DNA of 64,000 nucleotides, from contig JBBINO010000003.1 of NCBI GenBank assembly GCA_037443845.1, positions 12,489 through 76,488 of the forward strand, written 5' to 3'. This document shows, in pieces, positions 1 through 9,333 of this stretch; within the stretch, counting starts at the first letter, position 1, and each line of letters starts with the position of its first letter. Source of the stretch: Acidobacteriota bacterium. Lineage in GTDB: Bacteria; Acidobacteriota; UBA4820; DSQY01. The position numbers and the translations under genes are program-made. The notes under the pieces are model-generated. The model did not search any database and was not told the DNA's origin. It saw only the letters and a program-made list of their open reading frames with translations.

Positions 1-546
1 GCCGGTCGAGCCGTGCGGGTTATGGCAAGAGGTGCAGTTCATCTTGCCTTCCCTCATCGGCATGTGGCCGGAGCGGAAAAGCTGCGCCTTTCGCTGAAGG
101 TGGCAGGAGGTGCAAAGCTCGAACTCGGGCTTTCTCAAAAGAGCCTTCGGAACCGCGCCCTTGGGGTGCGGATCGTGGCAGGTGACGCAGGCGAGCTTGC
201 GGCTGTCGTGCGTCGAGCCTATCCACTGGGACTGCATCCCCTTGTTGTGGCACTTCAGGCAGACGGCGGATGACTCGGAGGGAGTCAAATTCTCGAATAC
301 CCGAATCTTGGTCTTGTCCCCGCCTCCGTCCACGTGCGCCTGGCCCGGGCCATGGCAACCCTCGCACCCGAGCGCGCTCTGGGCATGCGGAGTGGCGGCG
401 AACGCCTTGACCTGGTCCTCGTGGCATGTGCCGCAAGTCTGCGTGCCGACCATGCCGGAGGGCTCGTCAGCGAGCGCCGGCCTGGGCGCGGCAAAGCAGA
501 CGAAGGCGGCCGCCGCGGCCAGCAGAATCCATGCTCTCTTTCCCAT
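1..546 (-). CDS. Multiheme cytochrome c, N-terminal part; gene continues past the window start
   Basis: A reverse-strand frame that is not in the ORF track because its stop lies outside the window. It translates from ATG at 546 as MGKRAWILLAAAAAFVCFAAPRPALA..., a signal peptide. At least six CxxCH heme-binding motifs follow (CGTCH, CEGCH, CLKCH, CVTCH, CTSCH x2). A strong RBS, AAAGGAGG, sits 7 nt upstream of the ATG. Confidence 0.75.
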   Translation of the reverse strand, partial: MGKRAWILLAAAAAFVCFAAPRPALADEPSGMVGTQTCGTCHEDQVKAFAATPHAQSALGCEGCHGPGQAHVDGGGDKTKIRVFENLTPSESSAVCLKCHNKGMQSQWIGSTHDSRKLACVTCHDPHPKGAVPKALLRKPEFELCTSCHLQRKAQLFRSGHMPMREGKMNCTSCHNPHGSTG

Positions 547-797
547 GCAAAGCCTCCTTTAAGTTACCTTAACAGACAAACCTTCCCTGGCTGCGACCAC
601 AAAATGGCTCGCAGTACTCCCGTACGCCGGGTATTATAAAATGCTCGTCCAGGCAATTACCCATGCCGGCATACACTTTAATTGTAGCGGGGCTTTTCGC
701 CCACATAGCCAGCTAACATGCTAATATTTCAAGATAATACCAATGCGTCAATATTTGTCATTATCTTTAGCATCACCTTAACCATCCTCCAAAAGCA

Positions 798-826
798 TAG
801 CGCCGGCCTTTAACAAGACCGGCGCA
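798..826 (-). terminator. Putative intrinsic terminator hairpin downstream of the BNR-repeat gene
   Basis: Minus-strand GCGCCGG-(12 nt loop)-CCGGCGC, 7-bp GC stem, followed by TATGCTTTTGG. It lies 25 nt after the stop of the 854..4054 CDS. The loop is long and the U-tract weak. Confidence 0.3.
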
Positions 827-853
827 CAAGATGCTAAAGCCGGCAAAGCAAAG

Positions 854-3800
854 CTACTGGCACTGTGTCTGGTCGTCCTGCTGCGTGTACGCGGAACAAC
901 CGGCGACGTTTTCCCAGCCGGTGAAGTTACGATCGTATCCCGAGCTGTCCTTTCCGAATGAGGCGACGATTGCGGGCGAGGATGTGCCGTCGGACGCTCC
1001 GGTGATCACGAACCAGCTATTGTCAGGAATGGCCAATCCGTTTGCAGTTCCGCTGTTGCCAACCTGGCATTGGCCACCAGTGATTGTGGAGTAATTGCCG
1101 ATGTTTCCCCAGTAGACGTTGTTCTGAACGTTGGTACAAGCCGTCGGATAAGTCACGTCCACCGCGCTGCCGTTCTTCGCGGCCGACATCGTGTTCTTGA
1201 CGGGGTAGGGCAGGAAGCCGCCCGAGGAAGGCAGCCTGATCGCGTAAGTTCCACGCCCGTATGTAAACGCCGCCAGCGTGGTTGGGTTGTATGGGTTTGC
1301 AGACGGTCCTCTGTCAACGGTCAGGTGCTCGATGATGGTGGTGGGCAGGCCGTAATCGTAGAGGTACCAGACGGGGGGCTGCGCATTAATGTTGTCGGTG
1401 TAGTAGAAGCCGAAATCGGTGCCGACAAACGCCTGCGCGATGTTCCAGGGGTTGATGACGATCGATTCGGCCGGGACGTTCGGGAGGTTGCCGGTCTTAT
1501 TGGTCCAGCTCCACGTCCCCGCGTTGTTGACGCAGACGAAAACGTGGCCGGGTGTTGTGGAGGTGTTCTGGTCAAAACCGCCGACGGCGGCGTAGACGCG
1601 GCTCGTCGTGGTGGGGTCGAAAGCGACGCCGAGGATCGCCCGCTTGGGAAGCACGGCGTTGCTCTGCGTCAGGTTCGTCCACGTAGCGGAGGTATTGACC
1701 GTGCAGGCGAAGCTGGAGGTGTTGGCCGCGGTCTTGGTACAGTTTGTTCCACTTAACACGTTGGGGGACCACCAAACGGCGCCTTGGTCAGAACCCGTCA
1801 CTGCGGCCTTGGGATCGGAACGGCCCACGTCAAGCGTAATCACGGAACCTGTGTTGGCGGTACCGTTCACCGCGAGATCCGTCGAAGAAGTTCTAGATAT
1901 TGTTCCTCCCGAGTTGACCGAGGCATAAAAATACTGAGAGGCAATGAAGAAGTTTGGGCAACTGCCAGATGCACAATTGAAGGTGTCTAACGTATAGGGA
2001 GTGCTCCAGGACTTCCTATCTCCAGAGCCGCCCCAGTTCTTACTCTGGAAAGCGCCTCCAGCTCCAGACGTGGAGCGGGATAGAGCTCCGCCGTAGTACT
2101 CGCTGAACCAGTTACCGGCCGTGAGCGTTCCCGCTATGGGGTCGAAGGCCGAGAAGAAGCCGTCCCCACCGTTGGATCGCGCCTGCCACGTGAAGTCCGA
2201 GCGGGAGCTGTCCCAGCTGGCCGTGCCGTTGTCCTGCGCCCCGGCGAAGAGGTACTGCGTCGCCGCGTTCGCGAAGTTCGCGCTGATCTGACCCGCGTAC
2301 CACTGGGTTGAATTGATGGTGTCGTTCAACTGGGTGAAACCACCGACGCTTCCGTTCCCCAAGTAGACCCCGCCATCATTTCCGACAAGGAACTGGGATG
2401 ACGTTCCGGTTCCGCTCACCCAGACGCACGCATGCTGGTCAGGATGGAGGCTCCCATAACCCGGAGATCCAGTACTGTAAACGTTACTGAGGTTGGTCTT
2501 CGTGACGCTAGTATAAGTGCTGTTGACGGTCTCCTTGTAGAGGTTGACCCTGCCGACGTAGATCGTCTTGTCGTTGCCTGGGTCGGCGGTAACGAAGAGG
2601 TCGTACCAATCCTGGTTCTCGGAGCTGTCCGCCCCGTCGATCTTGGTCCAGCTTTGTCCGCCGGTCGTCGTCACCCATGTTCCGAGCTGGTAACCGTAGT
2701 TGCCATTCGCGTCATAGGCGTACTCCACCTGGGCATAAATCGTGAGGGTGTGGGCAGCATTGCCTCGCGATGAAGTGAGCTTTATCCACCCGACCGTACC
2801 ACCGTTTGTCCCGTTGCCCGTTCCCGCCGGCCAGCCGCTGTTGAGCAACGTGAAATCAGTCGGGATACCCGAGTCGGGTATCGTGCACCTGTAAACACCA
2901 TTGTTTCCATTGTAGCTCTGTGAGATATATCCCACAGCAATGTAGGCAGTCGTTGGGTTCGTCGTGGGATCCAAAACAATGCCACTAATTCTGTTGATGC
3001 TCTTGATCGTTCCCGACGTCGGGTCGGTCGGCTTGGCCCCGAAAGGAACGCGCGTCCAGGTCTGGCCACCATCGTGAGAAATGTACAGATCGAAGCGGGT
3101 GCCGACAAGGACGTTCTGATTGTTGTTGGGGTCAACCTTGACAAAACCGGTGTTCTGGCTTCCCCACATAGGCGTGGCTGGAGCGTAGGGGCAGAAAACG
3201 TTTGTGGCGTATTGCGCCCAAGTAGCCCCTCCGTCGGTCGACTTGAGGATGCCTTCGCCGAATTGGTCGCTCGCATCGAAGTCGCCCGTCCCCACGTAAA
3301 CCGTGTCGGGGTTCGTCGGGTCTATCTCTATCGCTCCTACCGCCTGTGTCACATAGGGAGTGTTGTCCCAGACGGAAGTCCAGGTCGTACCGCTGGTACA
3401 GCAGTTGGTCGTGACCCAGAATCCGCCTGAAGCCCCTCCGGCGAAAACCTTGATGGAGCCGGGGGTGTTCGCGGTGCGCGGGTCAACGGCAATAGCGTTG
3501 AAACGCCCCGTAACATTTCCGTACTTGTAGCCGGAATACTGCGTGGTCATGTCAATCGGTTTAGGTCCCAATTTGACCCAGTTGCCAGTCGGCGTGACAG
3601 AGAGCGTGTCGGCCAGCGGCCCTCGAAGCAGGCCATCTTGCGCGAACGGCCAGGGTTCCGCCCTGGGCACCTTCTTCTCGACCCATTTCGCGGCATCGGT
3701 AAAAGGGTGGCTGGGGATTTTGCCCGTGGGATACGAGAGAAGGTGCCATCGCCATGCGGTCGAACCTGCAACGACTTCTGAATCGCTATCCCCGCCAGGC

Positions 3801-4054
3801 AGAGGAAGATACCGTCTCTCCTCACTTTCAGATTTTTCCTTGGGCTCGCGATCGCGTCCGGCGTGCTGTTTTGCCGCCGCGGCGGCGTCCGCCTTCGGAA
3901 GGCGGGAGTCCAGCCGCTTGTTGCTCTTTGGCTGGATGGCCGCGCCAACGCAGAGCGCCACCGCCAAGCAGGCGGCCAGCCCCAAGATAAAGTATCTGCG
4001 CAGTTTCTTTCCGGAAGGGGAAAGGTGGTTTGTATCTTGCCTCTCTTGATTCAT
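854..4054 (-). CDS. Large secreted BNR/Asp-box repeat protein, beta-propeller, sialidase/glycoside-hydrolase-like or sortilin-like fold
   Basis: Multiple Asp-box motifs of SxDxGxTW type: STDGGATW, SHDGGQTW, TTGGQSW, GNDGGVY. Start chosen at ATG 4054 (MNQERQDTNHLSPSGKKLRRYFILGLAACLAVALCVGAAI), which has GGAGAG 6 nt upstream and gives a classic n-region plus hydrophobic signal/anchor. The ORF track's longest ORF starts at 4156. Confidence 0.7.
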   Translation of the reverse strand: MNQERQDTNHLSPSGKKLRRYFILGLAACLAVALCVGAAIQPKSNKRLDSRLPKADAAAAAKQHAGRDREPKEKSESEERRYLPLPGGDSDSEVVAGSTAWRWHLLSYPTGKIPSHPFTDAAKWVEKKVPRAEPWPFAQDGLLRGPLADTLSVTPTGNWVKLGPKPIDMTTQYSGYKYGNVTGRFNAIAVDPRTANTPGSIKVFAGGASGGFWVTTNCCTSGTTWTSVWDNTPYVTQAVGAIEIDPTNPDTVYVGTGDFDASDQFGEGILKSTDGGATWAQYATNVFCPYAPATPMWGSQNTGFVKVDPNNNQNVLVGTRFDLYISHDGGQTWTRVPFGAKPTDPTSGTIKSINRISGIVLDPTTNPTTAYIAVGYISQSYNGNNGVYRCTIPDSGIPTDFTLLNSGWPAGTGNGTNGGTVGWIKLTSSRGNAAHTLTIYAQVEYAYDANGNYGYQLGTWVTTTGGQSWTKIDGADSSENQDWYDLFVTADPGNDKTIYVGRVNLYKETVNSTYTSVTKTNLSNVYSTGSPGYGSLHPDQHACVWVSGTGTSSQFLVGNDGGVYLGNGSVGGFTQLNDTINSTQWYAGQISANFANAATQYLFAGAQDNGTASWDSSRSDFTWQARSNGGDGFFSAFDPIAGTLTAGNWFSEYYGGALSRSTSGAGGAFQSKNWGGSGDRKSWSTPYTLDTFNCASGSCPNFFIASQYFYASVNSGGTISRTSSTDLAVNGTANTGSVITLDVGRSDPKAAVTGSDQGAVWWSPNVLSGTNCTKTAANTSSFACTVNTSATWTNLTQSNAVLPKRAILGVAFDPTTTSRVYAAVGGFDQNTSTTPGHVFVCVNNAGTWSWTNKTGNLPNVPAESIVINPWNIAQAFVGTDFGFYYTDNINAQPPVWYLYDYGLPTTIIEHLTVDRGPSANPYNPTTLAAFTYGRGTYAIRLPSSGGFLPYPVKNTMSAAKNGSAVDVTYPTACTNVQNNVYWGNIGNYSTITGGQCQVGNSGTANGLAIPDNSWFVITGASDGTSSPAIVASFGKDSSGYDRNFTGWENVAGCSAYTQQDDQTQCQ

Positions 4055-4174
4055 GTCGCTCTCCATCGGCCGCTTGAAAGGTTTTGCCGGACGGGAGGAG
4101 TACTCCCGTCCGCGCGGCGCATCCTGCATTATGCCATTTATTGCAGATAAATGCACGTGGGCATGGAGCCCGAT

Positions 4175-5275
4175 TTAACGAGGGACTCCTTCCGCTGCAG
4201 GCGCTTGATCCCCGCGCCGTCTTGAGCCTGGCCCCGCACCGACGGTACGGCCCACCGCCCTTATTCTGGCGACAACGGAGACGGCGGCTGCCTCTCCGTC
4301 CTCCTGCGAAGCGGCCTTGCCCGGATAGATTTCATAGAGGGCTCGATATTGCCATGGCGTCAACTCAGGCATGACGACGTTGGCCCCACAGCGAAGTGCC
4401 CTCTCGTAGCCTTCTCGCCCGTCGAGCGTCGCGATCGCCGTGGTCGCGGGAATGTTCGCTTCCGGGCAGGCGAGGCGGGCCAGCGCCAGCATCTTCAGCG
4501 CCATCAACTCGGTGGCTGGCACCTGCGCGGGACTTTGCGCCCGTACATTTTGCCCCAGCGCCGTCCCGGGGTGTGGAATGAAGGGGCCGATGCCGATCAT
4601 GTCCAGATCGAGCCTCCGAAAGAGCGCGACGTCGTCCGCGAGGCTCTCGTAACGCTGGCCGGGAAGCCCAACCATCACGCCGCTTCCGGTTTCGTAGTCG
4701 AGGCGCTTCAGTCTTCCCAGAAGCGCCACGCGGCCCGGCTCGCCCGCGGCCAGCGGCGGATGGATGCGAGCGTAGAGCCTCTCGTCCGACGTCTCGAAGC
4801 GGAGAAGGTAGCGGTCCGCTCCGGCGGCCCTCCACGCCGCGAGGTCTCGCTCGGGCCTCTCGCCCAAGCTGAGGGTCACGGCGAGCCCGGTTTCCCCCTT
4901 GATCGAGCGCACGACTTCGGAGACCAAAAGAGCGGTCAGGCCATAGTCCTCGCCCGATTGCAGAACGACCGTGCCGAAGCCGAGCGATTTTGCCCGGCGC
5001 GCGCACTCCAATATCTCTCCGGCATTCATCCTGTACCTGGGCAAAACGGAGTTGTCGGCGTTTATGCCGCAGTAGGCGCAACGGCGGAGGCAGTGATTGG
5101 AAATTTCGACGAGGCCGCGCAGGTGTACGTCATCCCCTACACGCTGGCGGCGCAAATCGTCGGCCAGTTTCCAAAGAACATTCAGGCGGCCTTCGTCCTC
5201 CTCGCGAAGCCAGTCGGTTATCCGCGCGCTCGTTAAGAAAAGTTCACGATCCATGCGAGTTGGCGGCTGGTGCAT
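4175..5275 (-). CDS. hydE: [FeFe]-hydrogenase maturase HydE, radical SAM of the biotin-synthase-like family
   Basis: CLRRCAYCG radical-SAM CxxxCxxC motif. The read runs through a recalled Thermotoga-type HydE sequence, with GLVEISNHC, TVVLQSGED, GVMVGLPGQ, DMIGIGPFIPHPGT, NIPATTA and RCGANVVMP. Start ambiguous: 5275 (MHQPP, RBS AGAGGGG) or 5254 (MDRELF). Confidence 0.85.
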   Translation of the reverse strand: MHQPPTRMDRELFLTSARITDWLREEDEGRLNVLWKLADDLRRQRVGDDVHLRGLVEISNHCLRRCAYCGINADNSVLPRYRMNAGEILECARRAKSLGFGTVVLQSGEDYGLTALLVSEVVRSIKGETGLAVTLSLGERPERDLAAWRAAGADRYLLRFETSDERLYARIHPPLAAGEPGRVALLGRLKRLDYETGSGVMVGLPGQRYESLADDVALFRRLDLDMIGIGPFIPHPGTALGQNVRAQSPAQVPATELMALKMLALARLACPEANIPATTAIATLDGREGYERALRCGANVVMPELTPWQYRALYEIYPGKAASQEDGEAAAVSVVARIRAVGRTVGAGPGSRRRGDQAPAAEGVPR

Positions 5276-6515
5276 CGCCGCCCCTCTTCGCGGCGGCCAC
5301 GCGGCATTCATCAAGCGCGAGAGGAAAAGGCTTCAAGGCCCGCTCTAAAATGCCCAGGCTCTGGGCAATGGCAAGCCCGTAGTTCGTGACCGGGACGCCC
5401 TGCGTCCTGCACCGGGAGATGCGCGAAAGCATCTCGCGCCTGTTGCCCATGCAGTTGCCGCAATGGACGACCAGGGCGTACGAGGACAACTCCTCTGGGA
5501 AATCGTGGCCGCGTGAATGGTCGAAGGCGAGCTTGGCTCCCACGCGTTTCTGGAGCCACTTCGGAATCTTGACCGTTCCGATGTCGTCCTCGATGGGATG
5601 GTGGGTGCAAGCCTCGGCGATAAGCACCCGGTCCCCGCTCTTCAAGTCGTCTATAGCAAGAGCGCCCCTGACTTGTTCCACCAGGTCGCCTTGAAACCGC
5701 GCCATTAATATCGAGAACGACGTCATTGGAACTTCTTGGGGTGTCTCGCGGGCGACCGCTTCAAACGCCTGGGAATCGGTCACGACGAGCGCCGGCGGTT
5801 TCTTGAGGGTCTCGAGGGCGCCGCGAAGCCCCTTCTCCGTGACGACGACGCAGCCCGCCTCGCCGTCCAGGAGATCCCGGATGGTCTGGACTTGAGGCAG
5901 TATGAGCCGGCCTTTGGGTGCCTCCTTGTCCACGGGAACGACCAGGATGGCCAGCTTACCGGGCCCGACCAAGTCCGAAGCGATCACCTTGTCGGGCAGG
6001 AGTCCTTGAGAAGCCACGCCGAGTATCGCGAGGCGCACCGCTTCGGCCCCACCGGCACGGTTGGCCTGCGATTGGATCACGCGGGCGCCGCTCGATTCCA
6101 GCCTGGCCAGAAGCTGGGGCGCCGGCGCCCCCAGGTCGCGCTTGTTGAAAACGACGACATGTGGGATCGCCCGCTCTGCGAAGGCCTTTACGAGAGCCTC
6201 TTCGAAACCTCCCCACTTACCGGCCTCGGCGACGAGCACGGCCAGGTCCGTCCTGTCGAGGACCATGTTCGTTTTGCGGACCCGCTCCTTCCCGAGCGCC
6301 CCTTCGTCGTCAACGCCGGCCGTGTCAATGAAGAGGACGGGCCCGAAAGGAAGAAGCTCCATGGGCTTCTCGACCGGGTCGGTCGTCGTCCCGGCCGTCT
6401 CCGACACTATGGAAACCTCCTGGCCCGTGACGGCGTTGAGTATGCTCGATTTGCCTACGTTTCTCCGCCCGAAGATTCCAACGTGGAGGCGGAAGCTTTT
6501 AGGCGCCGGCTGCAT
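5244..6515 (-). CDS. hydF: [FeFe]-hydrogenase maturation GTPase HydF
   Basis: N-terminal GTPase P-loop GRRNVGKSS, DTAG and NKRD motifs. C-terminal Fe-S binding CTHH ... HCGNC signature of HydF. Confidence 0.85.
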   Translation of the reverse strand: MQPAPKSFRLHVGIFGRRNVGKSSILNAVTGQEVSIVSETAGTTTDPVEKPMELLPFGPVLFIDTAGVDDEGALGKERVRKTNMVLDRTDLAVLVAEAGKWGGFEEALVKAFAERAIPHVVVFNKRDLGAPAPQLLARLESSGARVIQSQANRAGGAEAVRLAILGVASQGLLPDKVIASDLVGPGKLAILVVPVDKEAPKGRLILPQVQTIRDLLDGEAGCVVVTEKGLRGALETLKKPPALVVTDSQAFEAVARETPQEVPMTSFSILMARFQGDLVEQVRGALAIDDLKSGDRVLIAEACTHHPIEDDIGTVKIPKWLQKRVGAKLAFDHSRGHDFPEELSSYALVVHCGNCMGNRREMLSRISRCRTQGVPVTNYGLAIAQSLGILERALKPFPLALDECRVAAAKRGGDAPAANSHGS

Positions 6516-6548
6516 GGGTGCTCCAGATGATCTTTCGCCAAGTTTTGG

Positions 6549-7946
6549 TCAGCAGTAAACGTCCCTCTTGCCGTCACGAACCATGGCGAGCATTCTTTCC
6601 GTCTTCGCCCGTAGGACGTCGTCCATCTTGGCCAGCGAGCTAGCGATGACGGATTCGCCTTGGCCGCGCGTCTCGGGCGACGCGTAATCAATGAGATACT
6701 CCATGAAGGTCGAGAGCGCGTTCGGCGAGCAGTGGGACTTGATTTCTCCAGGTTTGGCAAGGTCCATGAAGTCCGCGCCGGTGCGGCCCAGCCTGTAACA
6801 GGCCGTGCAGAACGACGGCACGTAGCCGAGCGCAGCGACGTCCCTTATCACTTCGTCCAAGGGCCTGTGGTCGCCCAGGCAGAATTGAGCTTCGTCCTCT
6901 TTCTCGCTGGAAGTGTAGCCGCCAGGGTTGGTGCGGCTGCCGGCTGATATCTGGGAGACGCCCAAGGCAAAAGTCTCCCGCCGCATCCTCGCCGTTTCCC
7001 TCGTGGACATGATGATTCCCGTGTACGGCACGGCCAGCCTTAGAATCGCGACTATCTTTCTAAAGTCAACGTCGGAAACTGGCTGGGGCGGGTGGCTCGC
7101 CATCTGCGACCCGACGGCCGGTTCGAGCCGCGGGACGCTTATGGTGTGGGGGCCGACGCCGAACTTTGCCTCGAGGTGGCTTATGTGCTGCATCAGCGCG
7201 AGGATTTCGAACCTCCAGTCGCAAAGGCCGAAGAGCACGCCTATCCCCACGTCGTCAATGCCGGCTTCCATCGCGCGATCCATCGCCGTGACGCGCCATT
7301 CGTAATCGGTCTTCCTGCCTTTGAGGTGGACCTTCTTGTAGGTCTCGTGGTGGTAGGTTTCCTGGAAGAGCTGGTAGGTTCCTATCTTCGCCGCCTTGAG
7401 TTCCATGAACTCCTCGACGGGCAGTGGGGCGACGTTGACGTTGACCCGCCGAATCTCCCCATTACCGCTTTTGGTGGCGTAGATCGTCTCGATTGACTTC
7501 AGCACGTAGGAGAAGCCTTCGTTCGGATAGGACTCGCCGGCCACCAGCAGGACCCTCTTATGGCCTTGCTCCACGAGATTTTTTATTTCGGCCGCGACCT
7601 CGCCCTGGTTCAGCGCGCGTCTCTTGACCTCGGCGTTGCGGTTGCGGAAGGCACAGTAGAGGCACTCGTTCGCGCAGAGGTTGGATATATAGAGCGGCGC
7701 AAAGAGAACCAGCCTGTTCCCGTAAATCGTCTCCTTGACCTCCGACGCGGCCTTGAACAATTCCCCCAGCAATTCGGGATCGGGGACATTCATGAGCGGA
7801 GCCACCTCGATGGGCGAGAGGCCATGGAGCTCCCGCGCCTTGGCGAGGATATCCCTCACCAGGGAGGCGCTGTGCCTTTGAGACGCTGCTATCGTTTCGA
7901 AAATCGGCGCTTCATCTATGATGACGTCGCGCCTCGTGGTAGTCAT
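6549..7946 (-). CDS. hydG: [FeFe]-hydrogenase maturase HydG, radical SAM tyrosine lyase of the ThiH-like family
   Basis: CANECLYC radical-SAM motif, ThiH/HydG-like core. C-terminal extra Cys cluster (CTACYRLGRTG ... HCSPN) typical of HydG. 465 aa. Confidence 0.9.
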   Translation of the reverse strand: MTTTRRDVIIDEAPIFETIAASQRHSASLVRDILAKARELHGLSPIEVAPLMNVPDPELLGELFKAASEVKETIYGNRLVLFAPLYISNLCANECLYCAFRNRNAEVKRRALNQGEVAAEIKNLVEQGHKRVLLVAGESYPNEGFSYVLKSIETIYATKSGNGEIRRVNVNVAPLPVEEFMELKAAKIGTYQLFQETYHHETYKKVHLKGRKTDYEWRVTAMDRAMEAGIDDVGIGVLFGLCDWRFEILALMQHISHLEAKFGVGPHTISVPRLEPAVGSQMASHPPQPVSDVDFRKIVAILRLAVPYTGIIMSTRETARMRRETFALGVSQISAGSRTNPGGYTSSEKEDEAQFCLGDHRPLDEVIRDVAALGYVPSFCTACYRLGRTGADFMDLAKPGEIKSHCSPNALSTFMEYLIDYASPETRGQGESVIASSLAKMDDVLRAKTERMLAMVRDGKRDVYC

Positions 7947-7961
7947 CGCTTGAACCTCCTC

Positions 7962-9269
7962 TCAGGCCAAGGACGCCGGAAGAGGCTGAGGGATTTCCAC
8001 TGTGAACTTCGCCCACGCTCCTTCCACCGACTCGGCCCAGATGCGGCCGCCGTGTAGCTGGACGGCATGCCAGCAGTTGTAGAGCCCGACTCCCGTTCCG
8101 CGCTGTTTCATCAGTTCAGCCTTTCTAAGCCTTGAAAAGCGCCTGAAGAGGTCACCTTTTTGGCTGTCCGGGAAGCCCGGCCCCTCGTTGAAAACCCAAA
8201 ACCTGAGCGCCGCCTCCGAGCCCTCGACGCCAAGTACGATCCTCCCGCCCTCCTTGCCGTACTTCGCGGCATTGGCCAGCAGGTTCGTCACGACGATCGT
8301 CATGAGGCCCGGGTCGCACTGGACTTCCGCTGGAGCCTCGCCTTCCCTTTCAAGGGTCATTCCCCTCTCTTCGATCTGGGGCTTGGCCAGTTCCACGGCA
8401 AGCGATACGACCTCTTTTTCCATCCCGACGTGCTGAAGCGCCAGGAATTTCAAATCGCCGCTCTCGATGCGCGCCAGATCGAGATAGTCGCGCGTAAGGC
8501 CGAGCAGGTACTCGGCCTTGCGCACCATCTTGCCCACCATCTCTTCCTGCTTGGCGGAAAGTTCTCCGAGGTAGCCTTCCTCCATCACGCGTCCCTCCGA
8601 GATGATCGAGGCGAGGGGGTTTTTCAATTCATGCGCCACGAAGCCCAGCATCTGCGTGTAGGCCCTTGTCGTCGCTTCGAGCTGCTCTATCCTCCACGCC
8701 TTTTCCACGGCCTGGCCGAGCCTTTCGGCCATTCTAAGGTGAAGCGTGACTTCGCGGTCCGAGTAGGCGTTCGGGAACCTCGAACTGCGGAAAAGGAAAC
8801 CGAGCGGCCTTCCGTTCACTACGAGGGGGCAGGTCATGCTGGAGCGCACCCCCTCGCGCAAAAGCATCCGCGTCGTCTCGCTGTGAGGGTGGGCCAGCGC
8901 GTACGTTTCCAGATCGCCGATGATGCGCGGCTCGCCGGTCTTGAGAACGCGCCCCAGGCTGGTGGCTTCCACGTCGGCGCTATACCCTTTGTTCAGGTAC
9001 AAGGGCGAGTACGAGGCGAGCGCGACGTGGGCGGCCGCCCTGCGCCCGCTCTCTTCCAAGAGTGCAAGCCCGATGCGGTCGCACGGCATGATTCCGCGGG
9101 TCTCGCTGAAGACGAAACCGAGAATCTGCTCGATGGAATCGCCCGCGGCCACCTGCGAGTTTATCTTGTCGAGAATGACCCGCGCGCCCTGCTTAAGCCT
9201 GGCGTCGAGGTCACCCGGCCGCGGGAAATCGCCAGCCGCGATCTTTTTTCGGTCGTCCCTGTCCGCCAT
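7962..9269 (-). CDS. Cytoplasmic sensor histidine kinase with an N-terminal GAF domain (GAF-HisKA-HATPase_c)
   Basis: H-box FVAHELKNPLASI. N/G boxes VVTNLLANAAKYG ... GTGVGLY. GAF-like N-terminal 200 aa with no TM segment. Start set at ATG 9269 (MADRDDRKK, GGAGG 11 nt upstream). The ORF-track start 9563 would overlap hydA and encodes a low-complexity Arg-rich artefact. Confidence 0.8.
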   Translation of the reverse strand: MADRDDRKKIAAGDFPRPGDLDARLKQGARVILDKINSQVAAGDSIEQILGFVFSETRGIMPCDRIGLALLEESGRRAAAHVALASYSPLYLNKGYSADVEATSLGRVLKTGEPRIIGDLETYALAHPHSETTRMLLREGVRSSMTCPLVVNGRPLGFLFRSSRFPNAYSDREVTLHLRMAERLGQAVEKAWRIEQLEATTRAYTQMLGFVAHELKNPLASIISEGRVMEEGYLGELSAKQEEMVGKMVRKAEYLLGLTRDYLDLARIESGDLKFLALQHVGMEKEVVSLAVELAKPQIEERGMTLEREGEAPAEVQCDPGLMTIVVTNLLANAAKYGKEGGRIVLGVEGSEAALRFWVFNEGPGFPDSQKGDLFRRFSRLRKAELMKQRGTGVGLYNCWHAVQLHGGRIWAESVEGAWAKFTVEIPQPLPASLA

Positions 9270-9333
9270 CGCCAAAAGCCTCCGGTCTCTCGCCGAGCGG
9301 CCCCGAGGAGCGGCACGCGCTCCAGATGCCGCG

